DNA of 64,000 nt from Emiliania huxleyi CCMP1516 (GCF_000372725.1 NW_005201092.1:594564-658563); one strand, 5' to 3'; shown: positions 11,801-24,547, numbered from the stretch's first letter. Numbers and translations are program-made. Notes: generated by a model from the sequence alone, not told the origin.

Positions 11801-14363
11801 GCCGCGGCTCCTCCGTCTCGCGCTGCTCCACCAGCACGTCGAGGCTGCACGGCGACTGCGCGCCGCGCGAGCCGAGCCGCACCACGGCGGGGGTGTACTG
11901 CCGGCCGTACTCGTCGAGGAACGGAGGCTGCTGCCCGACGATGCGGCTCACCAGCTCGTCGATGGCGCCGTTCGAGTGCGCGCAGACGAGAATGCGGCCG
12001 CCGCGCGGCACAGACGGCAGAGGCAGCGACGAGGCGGCCGGCGCGCCGCTCGCCGCGATGCTAGCAACTGCCGCGGAGAGGCGGTCGACGCGGCTGTCGC
12101 CGCCGCCGCCGCCGCCCGGAGGGGGGGGGGAAGGGGTGGAGGCGGCCAGCCGGCGCGAGGCGGAGAGGAGCGCCTCGTAGTAGTCTTGGGTCGCGCCGTT
12201 GTGGAGCACGTTGATCAGGCCTATGCGATGAGCCGCGAACCTTCTCGGAACCCCTTCCGGCTGCCCGGGCCGGAGGTGCGGCGCGCTGGTCAGGCCGATG
12301 AGTGTGGTCGTCTTGCCGGTGCCTGGCGGCCCCTGCACGAGCACCACGCCCTCGTGCCTAACGGACCGACTCTCTCGGCTCACCACCCCTTCCTTTCCTT
12401 GCCCCTTCACTAGCCACCAGCGCCCCCTCTCGTGCCTGCGGTGCGCGAGCTCCGCGACGGTCCGCAGCGCCTGGTACTGCGCCTGTTCAGCCGCCCGTCA
12501 CGGGTGAGCACATGCGCGGACTCGACGGCCCCGCGGCGGCGTGGGGCAGCGCCTCGTTGTGCGCGCTCCTCTTGCGCAGCGTCTCGATGTGCCTCATCCG
12601 CTTGGCCCACCGCCGCCCCGCCGCCTAGGAGCCCACGCGTTCACATGTGACTCACTCGCGATCCACCGACCAGCTCGGCCCACCGCCGCCACCGTCACCG
12701 AGGCGCCGCCGCCGCGGGGCGGGGCGGGGGCGCGCCCTTCGGGTGCCGAGCGGAGCAGCAGCGCCTGTTGGAGAGCGCGCGGAAGAGGGGTCGGGGAAAG
12801 CTCCGGGCATTGCCCCTCCGCGCGGAGCAGCAGCGCCTCACACAAGCCCGGGCTAGGCCCCTTGAGCTGGGAGGAGGAGGAGGAGGGGGAGGCGGAGGAG
12901 GAGGCGGAGGAGCCGAGCGAGTGGAGCGCCACCCACTCTCTCCACTCGCTCGTGCACGACTCGAGGAGCGACACCTCCGAGCCAGGCCAGGGACACATTA
13001 GGGACGTGTCGCAGAGCGGTCGCGTCCTAGCCGCCTCGAGCAGCGACACCTCGAGCGTGCCGCCCGATGGCCCCCGCTGCCCGAGGCCGACGACACCCCA
13101 GCCGCTGCCTTCGACCAGCCAGACGGCGAGCTGCCGGTGCGTCAGCCGCGCGCCTAACCGCCCAACCACGTCAGCCACTCCACCACCGTCTCACACAGGC
13201 ACCGATCGGTCGGTGCGGCAATCCGCGCGCCGCCGCGACGCCCCCCGTTCTGCGGCGCCTCCGCCCCCGTCTCGTCGCACGCCTTGGCCCTCCGCACAAC
13301 ACCGAGCGCGCTCGAGGGTGGCACGCCCCGCCCCGCCCCGCCGCCGCCGCCGCGGCCGCCGCCGCCGCGGCCACGGCCGCCGCCGCCCCAACTGAGGCGG
13401 ACGATGTCCCACTCCGCGAGGGGGTGGGGTGTGTCGCAAGACACGCGCGCCTCGCATTCCCACGCCGCTACCTCGCCGCTCTCGCCTGCGGGGGGGCTGA
13501 GGCGTCGAGGGGGGGGGCAGGGCGGGGGTGGTGGGGGGGGGGGGGGGGGAAGAAAGAAAAGAAAAGCCTCGGGGCTGGGAAAAAAAGGAGAAACACACCC
13601 ATGTCTTTGGATCGCGGAGGGGGGGGACGGTGCCACGACACACCTTGCACGCCGAGCAGCAGCGGCTTCGGAGCCGTCGACCAGACTGTCGCGACCGGTC
13701 TCCGATCTGCGCCGCCGGCCGAGCGTCGCCCCTCTAGCTCCTGCAGCGCGCCTTCGGAGAGCTCGAGCAGCAGCAGCGGCCTGGTGCACACACTTGAACG
13801 CTTCACGAATCGGCCGGGCGGCGGCCTCTGCGAGAGCAGCAGCAGCAGCGCGCCTCCAGAACTGCACATACCTCCTGCGCGCTCGCGCCAGCTCGGCGCC
13901 ATGCTCGAGGTCGCCGCCGAACTCGGTCGGGGGCGGCGAGTCCGTGCCGCCCTCCGCGGCGTCGCGGCTGCCCGAGGGTCCCACCTACCAGCCACGACCA
14001 CACCATGACCCCGGGCACCCGCCTAGCCTGTCGCAGTCTGCTAGAAGGGCGGGGCCCCGCCCTCGAGACCTCGCGAGGTGGTCTCGGGCGATCTCGGGCG
14101 ATCTCGGGCAGTGTCGGGTGCAGCCGGGCGACCTGGGGCGACCTTGGGCGACCTGGGGCGATCTCTGGGATCTGGGGCGCGATCTCGGGAGATCTGGGGC
14201 GATCTCAGGGCCGAATCTCGCGCCTTGCACAGCTCGCGCAGCACGAGAGTCGCGAGGTGCTCGCGCGACCCCTCGCTCACACACAGCCGGGTGGAGCTTG
14301 GACGGCGGGCCGGAGGAAGCGACTCGCCACGCGCTCGCCCGCCGACACCGTTGCATTGCACGC

Positions 14364-14396
<33 letters not shown>

Positions 14397-16741
14397 CGCT
14401 GCCGCTGCCGCCACCACCGCTGCCGCTGCTACCGCTGCCCACCCCGCCCACCCTGCCACCGCTGCTGCTGCTGCCGCCGCAGCCGCCGCCGCCACAACCG
14501 CCGTTGCTGCCGCCCGCGACGCTGCTGCCTCTGTCTCTGCTGCTGCCGCCGCCGCCGCCGCCGCCGCCCGCATCGCCTCTCCCGCCGCTTCTTCCGCTCG
14601 CGCCGCTGGCAACCCCCTCTCCAGCCTCGCCGCTGATGCGTCGCGCCGCGCCCCGCTCGTCCCACCTGTTCACAGCTGCGGCCGTGAAAACGCTCTGCAC
14701 AGCAGCTCGGCCCCGCCCCTCGCCCGCCCCACCGCTGCGCTGCGGCGGCCTTTGAGCCTCCCGCGCCGCCGCCGCTGGGCGAGGGAAGCGAGCCCGGAGG
14801 CCCCGGTCGCTTGGAGGGCGCCTAATGAGTTGATTCTCAGCCGTGGGCTACTGCGCCAGATGCAAGTCAGCCTCGGCGGCTTGGGAGGGCGCCGGCAGCT
14901 CGCCGTCCTCTCTCGGCCGCTTGCCCGCCGGCTGAGCCCGCAGCTGCACTCCGGCGGGAGCGCTTGGCCCGGACCCGACGCGCGTCAGTAGGAAGGTTGA
15001 GCTTCTGCCGCGGAGCAGCGCCTGTTTCAAGCGCGCACCACTCGCGAGCCGGTGGGGTGCCTCTGTCTCTGCGCCCCTGCCTCGCAGCGGCGCCTGAAGC
15101 CCGCCCGAGCGCTGGAGGACCGCCCGCCACCGGGACGAGCGGGCCGGGCCGACCTCGTCGAGCAGGGCCGCCTCGAGGCGGCGCAGCTCCACAACCTGAG
15201 AGTCAAGTCTCGACTCTTCAACGGGTGCACGGTCCAGCAGGAGCCGCCTCGACCCGGCTCCGCCACCGCCGGCTCTGACATCGCGAGCCCCTTTTCCCGG
15301 AGGATGGCGCTCAACTCCTTGACCACCTCCTGTTCAACAGCAAGCACAGAACAGCTCACCGCGGCCGGCAAGCCGAGAGGGCGCCGCCCCTGCTCGGGCA
15401 TCGCCTCCTCGGCCCTCTCTTCCTCGCCCCTCCCGCCGCCGCCCCCCGCAGAAGAAAGGCCGCCGCCCCCGTCTCCGCCTCCTCCGCCGCCGTTGCCGCC
15501 GCCCACGACGCTGCTGCCTCTGTCCCTGCTGCTGCTGCTGCCGCCGCCACCGCCGCCTCCGCCGACGCCGCCTCCGCCGCCGCCGCCGCCTCCGCCGCCT
15601 CCGCCGCCACCGCCGCCGCCGCCTCCACTGCCACCACCACCTCCGCCGCCGCCGCCGCCGCCGCTGGCCGGCAGGCCCGACGCCTTGCACCGCATCCCCT
15701 CGGGTTAGGGTCAGGGTCAGGGTCAGGGTCAGTGGGGTGGTTGTGGTTGTGGTTTGGTTGTGGTTGTGGTCCGTCGACACCTTGCCCCGCATCCCCTTGG
15801 GGAGCTTGTCGATGAGAGCGAACTCGACGCGGAGGCGAGACAGCTCGCCGGCCTACTCGCGGGCCCCTCTCACAGTCCCTCTCCCGCCTCTCTCTCGACG
15901 CGGAGGCGAGACCGCTCTCAGAGCCGGCAGCGGAGGAGACCACTCCGGAGCATACTCCGGCGCACTCACCTGCGTCACGCGGGCGACAGAGGAGTCGTCG
16001 ACACACAGGGGCAGCGGCTCAGCGGCAGCCGCCTCTGGCGACGGCGTCGCAGCACTCACCGCCGCGAGTGCCCTCTTCGCCTCTGCGCCGGTCTGGAAGC
16101 AGACTGTGCCGCTCCGGCGCGAGCGGCTGACGTCCACGACCGTCCCAAACGCCTGAAAGCCGCGTCGCGAAACGGAGGGCAGAGGAGTGAGCGCCGGTGG
16201 GAGGCGGGATCGCGGGGCGGCGCACCGAGAAGAGGCGCCGCAGCGCGTCCCTGTCCACCGAGTCAGGCAGCTTGGGGAGGAAGAGGATGGCGTCAGCGAC
16301 AGGCCGCCGCGCGTCCCTGCCGAGCCTCGCCTCCCTGCCGCCTCCTCCAGGCTCGTCCCGCCGACCGTGCTGGCCAGCGGCGCCACGCCCCTCGGCATCG
16401 GGCCGCGCGCTGGCCGCGACGAGCCTCATCAAGCCGGCGCTCTCCATCCTGCTGCTACTGCTTGCCGCAGCGCCCTGCGACGGCTGCGTGCGCAATGCAG
16501 GCGCCGGGCGTGCCGACGACGGCCCCGCCAGCTGTGGCGCTGCCGCTGGAGGCACTGGCTGTGGGGCTGCTGCGGGCGCCGCTGGCTGCTGAGCTGCTGC
16601 GGGCTGCGACGGCTGCTGGGCTGCTGCGGGCGGCGGCGGCTGCTGGGCTGCTGCGGGCGGCGGTGGCTGCTGGGCTGCCGCTGGCACCTCATCCTCATCG
16701 CTTTCGTCACTACTGTCGATGAGGTTGATCAGCACAGGCAT
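8853..16741 (-). CDS. SEN1: Sen1/senataxin-like SF1 (UPF1-family) helicase, multi-exon; N-terminal low-complexity/RRM-like exons tentatively joined
   Basis: Motifs in order: LVQGPPGTGKTTTL, ILVCAHSNGAIDELV, IVFCTMSAAG, LDEAAQATE, LVGDPRQLPATV, SLFERL, LSTQYRMH, SNEGEA, LTPYTRQ, SIDAFQGREADVVILSCVR, IGFLKDEQRLNVALTRAR. Exon structure above ~12400 is uncertain. Confidence 0.82.
15701..15732. repeat. Telomere-like GGGTTA(GGGTCA)n tract in a helicase intron
   Basis: gggttagggtcagggtcagggtcagggtcag followed by GGTTGT units. Confidence 0.85.
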
Positions 16742-16857
16742 GGCCCAGAGGTATCCTCGGGGTTACGCACCACTCACCAATCGCAAGAGCACAGTGGGCC
16801 GAACACACGCGATCATACGGCGTGTAGGAAAGAATTCTCTCTCACAGGCGCTTGCCC

Positions 16858-16970
16858 AGGGTGGGCGACGGCTAGCGCTCCACACTCCTCTCCTTAAAAT
16901 CCCTGTGTGGTGGCGGCGTGCCGTTCTCCCATCCCTCCCTTGGGTTGTGTGTTTTCTTTCTTTCTTTTTT
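16858..16970 (+). mobile_element. 5'-truncated (CTTT)n-tailed LINE-type copy
   Basis: 12-bp TSD AGGCGCTTGCCC at 16846-16857 and 16971-16982; near-identical to 55255-55440 and 63357-63819. Confidence 0.9.
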
Positions 16971-17110
16971 AGGCGCTTGCCCGGATCCTGAACCCTCTGC
17001 CGCTCCCAGCCGTGCTCGCCGAGCCTCGGCCACCTCCACCTCCGCCTTCAATCTCAATGTCCCACCCCCCTGCGCGCGGGCCTTCTAGGCCCGCGGGTAG
17101 TCTCCCCCCA

Positions 17111-17230
17111 TCCCCAGGGCCTCCAGGGCTCGCACCTCAACCTCTCATAGACCAGCGCAAAGCGCCATCGGACGTATTTTCTTGTCAATAACAAGGTCTG
17201 TGAATCCTCGAGTCGGTTGGTCTGCAGGCG
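17111..17230 (+). repeat. Dispersed repeat shared with 53785-53920
   Basis: 38-bp identity TCCCCAGGGCCTCCAGGGCTCGCACCTCAACCTCTCAT followed by diverged similarity. Confidence 0.8.
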
Positions 17231-17909
17231 CTCAAAGGCGTCTGCAGCTAGACACCCGGAGTCCTCCGCGGCCGCTTCTACGCCGGCGAAGCACCATCAA
17301 GCTGCTGTACGGCCCCGACATCGCCTCCCCTGGCTTAGCTCTCAGTCAGGATATTGTGCACATGGGTGGCCTCTACAATATACTCACTGACACTCAACCT
17401 CCCAGAGCTCGTCCCGGTCCGCCACGGCCATCCTCGTCCTCCGGCGGGCCCCCGGCCGCGGCGCGGTGCGGCGGCGTCACAAATCCGACCACAGAGCACC
17501 GGGCCGCGGTCGGGCGATCTGAGGCCCAAGTAGGCGAATGCATTGCCCATCCAGGGCTATCACCTGGACCTATCAACAGGCGCCTGCGGCGCCGTGCTCA
17601 GGAGTTGGTTTTCACTCGCTCGAAATGTGTACGTAAAAGGGTGAAGCAAAAAAAGATAACGCATCATCCCTCACATTAGGAGCGTGTAGAACCGCCAATG
17701 GCCGGGGGGCAGTATCCGTTGTGCGGACGTCGCCGCGGCTCGCCTCTGCCGCGGCGGCTGCTGCGCGCACGCGGCGGCGCCGCTCTCTCGCGAGACGGCT
17801 GGCGACGCGGCTCGCCGCCGACGTACGCTGCGCTCGTCCGACGGTCCGCAGCGTGGCGTGCGCGGCGCTGCGCGCCGCTCTGCGAGCGCTTCTGCGCCTG
17901 CACTGCCTC

Positions 17910-18410
17910 TCTCTGCTGCTGCTGGTGGTGGTGATGGTGCTGCTGCTGGTGCCGATGCTGCTGCTGGCGCGGCGCGGCTCTGCGACTGGGCTCGACGCGC
18001 GCGTCGCGAGCGTCTGACGAGGCGGGCGGCGTCGGGCAGGTGCGCTTCTCTCTCTGGTGGTGGTGGTGGTGCTGCTGCTGCTGGTGGTGGTGCAGATGCT
18101 GCTGCTGGTGCGGCGCGGCTCTCCGACTCGACTCGAGGCGCGCGTCGCGGCAATCTGACGCGGCGGGCGGTGTCGCGGGCGGCAGCGATCGCGGCTCGAC
18201 GGTGGAGTCGGTACACCAGGCTGCTGCTTGCTGCTGCAGCAGCTGCTGCTGCGGCTGCTGCTCCGCTGCCGCTGATTGTGGACACGATTCCCCCGATAAC
18301 CCTGCCCGCCCGCTCCGCCCCGCCCGCCCGCCGCTCCCCGCTTGCCTGCCCGCCCGCCCGCCCGCCCGCCCGCCCGCCCGCCCGCCCGCCCGCCCGACCG
18401 ACCGACCACC
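17910..18410. repeat. Low-complexity block: (CTG)n/(TGG)n tracts, an internal duplication and (GCCC)n
   Basis: Directly visible. Confidence 0.8.
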
Positions 18411-19062
18411 CATTCCCATCACCATCTCACATACCTTCATATAGGCGCTCGAGACCTCCTCTCGCTGCCTACTCGCTGCCTCGAGGGAGGAGGGGAAGAG
18501 GTCAGGCAGCATTCAATTGCGCTTGGCGCGAGGCCCCTCCCCGAAAGGCAAGTTTTAGCCACATGAAACCCGAGACCCCTCCCCAACACCCCAATCCCCC
18601 CACCCCCTTGCTCCCCTCCCCCCCTCGGGAGGGCCGAACTGAGGCGCCGTGGGGACCCCGCACTTCCCTTCCCCCCTCGGAGGGGGCCGGACGGAGGCGT
18701 ACCCCGTGGGCCCCGCTCTTTCCCTCGCATAGCGGCCACTCTTCGGATCGCTGGTCGAGCGACCCGGGGGATGCCCCGCGCGCCTGACCCAGGCACGAAA
18801 AACGAATCTGCGAGGCGAGGCCGCTCACGCGGCCCGATGGGGAGGAACGGGGCGAGCCCCCTCCAACCCACCCGCGCTAGGTCCTGGGTGACGTAGGGGA
18901 AACCCGGCGAGCCTCGGGAACTAGCCGGGGCAGTCGGAGAAGTGGCAACTCCGTGCACTGACGGTCGGCCGCCAGAAAACACGCCTCCGTGGCTCGGGTT
19001 ACACCAATCCTCGCTACCCAACGCGGCCAAAGGATATCCACCTCGAGAACCTCGAGAACCTC

Positions 19063-19100
19063 AGTAGGTAGGTAGGTAGTAAGGTGAAGAACAGCCAGGC
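19063..19100 (-). repeat. 38-bp (CTAC)n-tailed repeat, exact reverse complement of 23790-23827
   Basis: GCCTGGCTGTTCTTCACCTTACTACCTACCTACCTACT in both places. Confidence 0.9.
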
Positions 19101-19144
19101 CATTACAAGAAAAAGAAATCGTTGCGCGAGGCCGCGCCGCACCG

Positions 19145-20314
19145 ATGGCCTCCCACCGCATCGGCGCGCGCGTCGCGGGCCTCTCGCCAGAGCAGCTGTG
19201 CGCCATCATCGAGGCGCAGGCGGGCGCGAGCGACGCCGCGCTGCGCGTGGCGGAGGAGCACGCCGCACGGCTCGTGGAGCAGCCCGAGTGGGTGCTCTCC
19301 GAGGTCCTCCTCTCGCCGGACCTCGCCCCGCACATCCTCGCCCAGCTGCCGACCACGGAGCACGCCATCAAGGGGACGTGCCGCGCGTGGCGCCGCGGCT
19401 GGAAGGAGACGCTGAAGAAGCGCGAGAGGCCGCGCCTGCTCGTGATCTGCGGCCAAGACATCGACCACGAGTTCCTCAACTCGCTGGAGCGGTACGACCC
19501 GTCTACGAATGAGTGGGAGGAGGAGGCTGTGGCGCCGATGCCGACGGCACGCACGTATGTCGGCACGGCGGTGCTCGATGGCAAGCTCTACGCGGCGGGC
19601 GGCAGGAATGAGGCTGACGGCGCAACTTCCAGCTCGGTGGAGCGGTACGACCTGGCGACGAAGTCGTGGGAGGCGGTGGCGCCGATGGCGACGCCACGCG
19701 AGAATCACGCCGTGACGGTTCTCGACGGGAAGGTCTATGCTGTTGGCGGTCTAAGCGACGGCGTCGGCCGCCTCAGCTCGGTCGAGCGGTACGATCCGGC
19801 GACGAACGCGTGGGAGGCGGTGGCGCCGATGGCGACGGCGCGGCAGGCTCACGGCGTGGCGGTGCTCGACGGCAAGCTGTACGCTGTGGGTGGGCGCAGC
19901 AATGGCGCCTCCCGCAGCTCCGTGGAGCGGTACGACCCGGCGTTGGACGCGTGGGAGGCGGTTGCTCCGATGGCGTCGGCGCGGCTTGAACACGCCGTGG
20001 CGGTGCTAGACGGCAAGCTGTACGCTGTTGGCGGGTACAACGGCGGCGCGCTCAGCTCGGTCGAGCGGTACGATCCCGAGATGAACGCTTGGGAGGCGGC
20101 TGCGCCGATGGCGAGTGCGCGGATAGGTCACGGCGTGGCGGTGCTCGACGGCAAGCTTTATGCTGTGGGCGGGCAGAACTATGAGGAGGAGGACGAGGAA
20201 GAGGAGGACGTACGAATCAACAGGGTAGAACGATTCGACTCGTCTACGAACGCTTGGGAGGAGGTGGCGCCGATGGCGACGGCACGGATCGTGCCTTGTG
20301 TCGCCTTGCTGTAG
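19145..20314 (+). CDS. Kelch-repeat beta-propeller protein with F-box-like N-terminus, intronless
   Basis: About six repeats of AVLDGKLYAVGG...SSVERYDP...WEAVAPM; N-terminal LSPDLAPHILAQLP...TCRAWR. Confidence 0.92.
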   Translation: MASHRIGARVAGLSPEQLCAIIEAQAGASDAALRVAEEHAARLVEQPEWVLSEVLLSPDLAPHILAQLPTTEHAIKGTCRAWRRGWKETLKKRERPRLLVICGQDIDHEFLNSLERYDPSTNEWEEEAVAPMPTARTYVGTAVLDGKLYAAGGRNEADGATSSSVERYDLATKSWEAVAPMATPRENHAVTVLDGKVYAVGGLSDGVGRLSSVERYDPATNAWEAVAPMATARQAHGVAVLDGKLYAVGGRSNGASRSSVERYDPALDAWEAVAPMASARLEHAVAVLDGKLYAVGGYNGGALSSVERYDPEMNAWEAAAPMASARIGHGVAVLDGKLYAVGGQNYEEEDEEEEDVRINRVERFDSSTNAWEEVAPMATARIVPCVALL

Positions 20315-21222
20315 AGGCCGCGGATGATGATCTCACGATTTTCAAAGCGCTTGGACGCAGTGGGACGGATCTCTGGAGACCGTGCATATTCGAGACCGTG
20401 CATATTCTGAGCGAGCTAGCATGCGAGAGGTACCGGGATCGATGCCCGGATTCTCCATTTTTTGCTACATGGAGCCATGGGACTGGAGCAGGCGGACATC
20501 GCTTCCAGGGAGGGGGGCGCACTTCTCTGCACACCACATGGACATGCACAACAACTTGTACACACATGTGCATGCACATGTGCATGTGCATGTGCATACT
20601 CAGACGCCGACGCAAGTGAGTGTAGAGTGGTGGTGTGGGGCGTGCAGTATGGTGTTCATTAGCTCCGAGTAGAGGGGGCGTCCTGCAGTTAAGGGGAAAC
20701 CCGGTACGCGGGGCTAACCCTCGGAGACCCGTGTTTACTTTAAGGCCCTTGCCCTGCGAACGCGCACCCCCGGGGCTAGGGCTCTCTTGCCCGCAACCCG
20801 ATGCCAATCATCCGGCCCGCTGGGTGCGCTTCTGAGCTCCCCGGCCCTGGATGTGCGGTTAATGACTGCACTCCAAGTGCTCCAAGATCAACACTCCGCA
20901 TACCACTTTCGCATACCACTATACCATACCACTTCAAAGTTAATCAAAATATCACCAAATAATATACCGGTCTCATACCGGTATAACACGATTAACGTGT
21001 TCTCGAGCTCACTGCAGGGGCACAACCACAAGCCACAACGAGACACGTTTCTTACACGGTAGTGAGTAGTGTGTCAAAAGAATTTTACAACAAAGCTGCA
21101 AAAGAATTACGGCGCGACATGGCCCGGCGAGAAAAGCTTGTTTCTCTCACGTCCGGTACTGTAAAATAAACTGACCAGAGAGCGCTAGCCTCGACGACAC
21201 CTGCTCCTCCTCCCGGCTCACA

Positions 21223-23662
21223 TCACTTCGCTCCTTTCTTTGTATCGTCGGGCTTCTCGTCGGCGGGCTTTTCGTCCTTGTCCTTCTCCTCCTTCTTCTC
21301 CTCCTTCTCCTTCTCCTTGTCGGCGGCGGACTCCTTCTCCTTGTTGGTCAGCTTGTTGTCGATCAGGTGGTGCAGCGCCACCACCGCGCGGATCACCGCC
21401 GCGAGGTAGATGGCCAGAGACCTGGGGCGTGTCGACGCCGCGGTCGGGCTGAGAATGCAGGGCCGTGCAGCAGGGCCGTGCGGCGCACTCCGAGGTGGCT
21501 GCGACGCCGAGCAGGGAATGCCACGGGAGAGAGTAGCAGTGCGTGTGGCCACCGGTGTTCTGGGGAGACCGGAGGAGGTCGCATGGCCGCATCTACCGGT
21601 GCGGTGCGCACATGTCGTTGGTCTTGATGGCGAACGCCTGCACGAGCTCCTGCACGTTCAGGTTGGGCAGCAGGTTGAAGACGTCCTGACGAGTCCACCC
21701 CCTCACGTGAAGGAGCAGCCCAGGCTCTCAGCAGCAGGGTGGTGGACGTCCTGCAGCTGGTAGAGGATGCGGTGGGCTAGGGTCAGTGTCAGCTGTGGGT
21801 CAGTGTCAGCGCCGGGGTCCGGGCTGTCCTGCAGCTGGTAGATGATGCGGTGGTTGACGGGCAGCCGGCCAGAGAGCACGTTCTGCAGGTAGCCGTCCAC
21901 CTCGCTCAGCCGCGCCTGCGAGGCGAGAAGGGGACGCCACGACACTCGAAGCCCGCCCGGAGCCTCAGCGCCAGACCAAGGGCCACCGGACTGCAAGCCG
22001 CGCTCCGCCGAGCCAGGCAGCAGCGCCGAGGGCCGAGGGCTGCCTCGCGAGCCTCTGTGCGGTCTTCTCTCGGCCGCCTCTCGGCTACCACTCGGCTGCC
22101 TCTCGGCCGCCTCTCGGCCGCCTCTCGGCCGCTTCTCGGATGCATCTCGGGCTGTCTCTCACCGCGAGGCCCTTGAGCGAGCCAAGCTTCTGAGCGACCT
22201 GGCACGCAGTGGCGAGGGTCAGGGTCGGGGTCAGGGTCAGGGGTAGGGGTCAGGGTCAGGGTCAGGGGTAGAGTCGGGGTGAGGGGTAGAGTCGGGGTGA
22301 GGGGTAGAGTCGGGGTGAGGGTCCGGGTCTTGGGGTGACCTGGTTGGCGAGCGTCGAGATTGTGGTGTCCTTGACGTCGCGCAGCAGGTGCTCCACACCC
22401 ACCTGCGAGGTGCCGTGCGACACGCGGAGTACGGCCCCAGCAGTGCGGCCCCGGCAGGCTCAGAGCAGGTCCCGAGCAGGCTCCGAGGCGGTCCTCTGCG
22501 CAAGAGCTGCCCTCTGGAGCACCCCCTCCCCCCCTCCCTTCCCTCCCGCACCCCCCCCCCCCCTCCCCCAACACACCCACCCTCTCCTTATCGCTGCGGG
22601 GGCGTGTCCTCGAACGAGGCGCGCGGGCGGGGAGGCGGCGGCGGCGGCAGGGGCAGGGGGTGGCAGCGGTGGCGGCGTCGGTGGTGCTGCGGCTATGAGG
22701 TGGTGGCGGTGAGGTGGTGGTGGTGCGGTGGTGGGAGGCGCCTCTTCCGACTCGGTGGCCCCGATCTCGCACGGCACGTGCTGGAAGGTCCACTGCTGCT
22801 GCTTGCCTACGCGAGGGGGTGCGCCGAGGGCTGGAGGGGGTGGTTGGCACGGGGTCCTTTGGTCCTCCAGCCGCGGGTCGCGCCCTCGAGGATCTCCTCG
22901 ACGCCGTGGTAGGCCTCGGTGGGGATGCCGAGCTCCTTTGGCTTGACGTCGACGATGACGAGGACCGGGTGCTGGCGGGGGAGGGGAGGGAGAAGGAGGG
23001 GGAGGGAGCAGTGAGCGGGAGGGAGCGGGGAGCAGTGGGCGCGGGTAGGGAGTGGGAGGGGCGGGGGAGGAGAGGGCCGTGGTGAGCTGGGGCAGAAGCC
23101 GCGGGGGCTCGAGGAGGAGAGGGCCGAGAGTATGTGGCGCACGGAGGAGGGGAGACGCGTGTGCACGGGGGTAGCCCTGCCGAGGTGCGTGTCTTGGAGG
23201 TCTCTCTCTCTCGGAGGGGTCTCGGACCTGGCAGTACCGCCGGACGAGCTGGTCAATCTTGAGATCGCCGGGCCTGATCTTGGGCCCAGTCGAGTACCAG
23301 CCGACGAGCTTCTCGCGCGCGTTGACCTTCTTCAGCATCGCAAACATCGCCTCGTGGAAGGAGTGGTCAAGGAACCTGCGGGCGGGCGCGCGAGCGGGCC
23401 TCAGGGCTGCGGTGGTTTGACGCGGCGGCGAGGTCGGCGGCGCGCGCCAGATGTTTGGGTCGCGCTCGTCCTCCTCAAAGGGCACCGCATAGCTGTTCGT
23501 GACGTCTGTCACCCCCTTGTGCGTCTCGCCGAGCAGCATGCCGACCACGCGCCGTTTTGTGTTTTTTGCGACGCGGTTGTAGTGGTCAACGGCAGCGAGC
23601 AGCACGATCGGGTGCACCACCACGGTGGTGTGCGGGCTCGGACCGCTGGTGGACTCGGGCAT
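21223..23662 (-). CDS. RPN8: 26S proteasome regulatory subunit RPN8/PSMD7, multi-exon
   Basis: [110 protein letters not shown] and a KEKE tail. Confidence 0.96.
22215..22325. repeat. Telomere-like (GGGTCA)n and 18-bp G-rich repeats in an RPN8 intron
   Basis: Directly visible. Confidence 0.85.
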
Positions 23663-23789
23663 GAGCGCGGGGAGGGTGAGAGGCAAGCCAACCAAACGCT
23701 GCTCGACAGCGCGCGCAATGCGCCGAGATGGGTGCGCGGCGGGGATTTCTTTTCGTGTGAATACCATACCGCATTGGTGTCCAGTCCGA

Positions 23790-23827
23790 GCCTGGCTGTT
23801 CTTCACCTTACTACCTACCTACCTACT
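23790..23827 (+). repeat. 38-bp (CTAC)n-tailed repeat, second copy
   Basis: See 19063-19100. Confidence 0.9.
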
Positions 23828-23903
23828 ATCTACCGACCTCCTACCTTTCGCGGGGGAGAGCGCCAGGGAGGAATATGAAAATGTATTACTCGGCACAAAC
23901 GGG

Positions 23904-23942
23904 AGAGAGAGATTTTTAGCAATACCAAACAACTCTAACACT
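23904..23942 (-). mobile_element. Very short (CT)n-tailed retroposon 3' end
   Basis: Same sequence as 53560-53619; flanked by CACAAACGGG at 23894-23903 and 23943-23952. Confidence 0.8.
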
Positions 23943-24360
23943 CACAAACGGGGCACAAACGCCGGGCTACAAACACGGGGAGGCACGTAGTGAAGGAAAT
24001 AGAGGTGTCGCGCTGCTCGACTGCAACGAGCTCATCGAAGAGAAGTGGCGCGAGGTGTTCGTCGAGCGCTGCCCCGCGACCGACTCCGTGCCGGCGCACT
24101 TCAAGCTGCTCTCCGGCGACACGCCGCCCCCATTCTCGCAAGACGTGTGAGCATGAGGGGGGTGGTGGTACCCCCCTACAGTGCCCCTGGCCAGGCCTCT
24201 GGCCGAGAGGGGGGTACACCTCGCGGGAGCCAAGACTGCTCGACCGACAGGGGGGTGCCTGCCCGAGACCCAGGTAAAACCCGGTATACCCGAGAAAGTC
24301 CAGGTTTACCCGAAAAATACCTGGACGCGCGTCCACATGCCGCCGCACGCCCTATTCCCA

Positions 24361-24547
24361 CACCGCCGCGGCCGCCCTCCCGGTGGCAGACAATAGCCCA
24401 AGTCGAAGAGTGCGCCCCGCGGTATCTGGGTGTCAGGCGGGACTTAGAGAGGCGCGCCGGTGCACAGATGAGGGCGCGAGCCGCCATCTTGGACTGTGAG
24501 TCTGTTTTGTTTTGAGTCTGTGAGGCAGTATTTGCAACCGGGAGCTC
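24361..24547 (+). repeat. Single diverged copy of the 180-bp unit at 43111-43469
   Basis: Shared blocks AATAGCCCAAGTCGAAGAGTGCGCCCCGC, GAGCCGCCATCTTGGACTGTGAG and AGTATTTGCAACCGGGAGCTC. Confidence 0.9.

Noticed and set aside
17676..18512. Poly-Q/H or poly-A ORFs
   Set aside because: Explained by simple repeats; no domain evidence.
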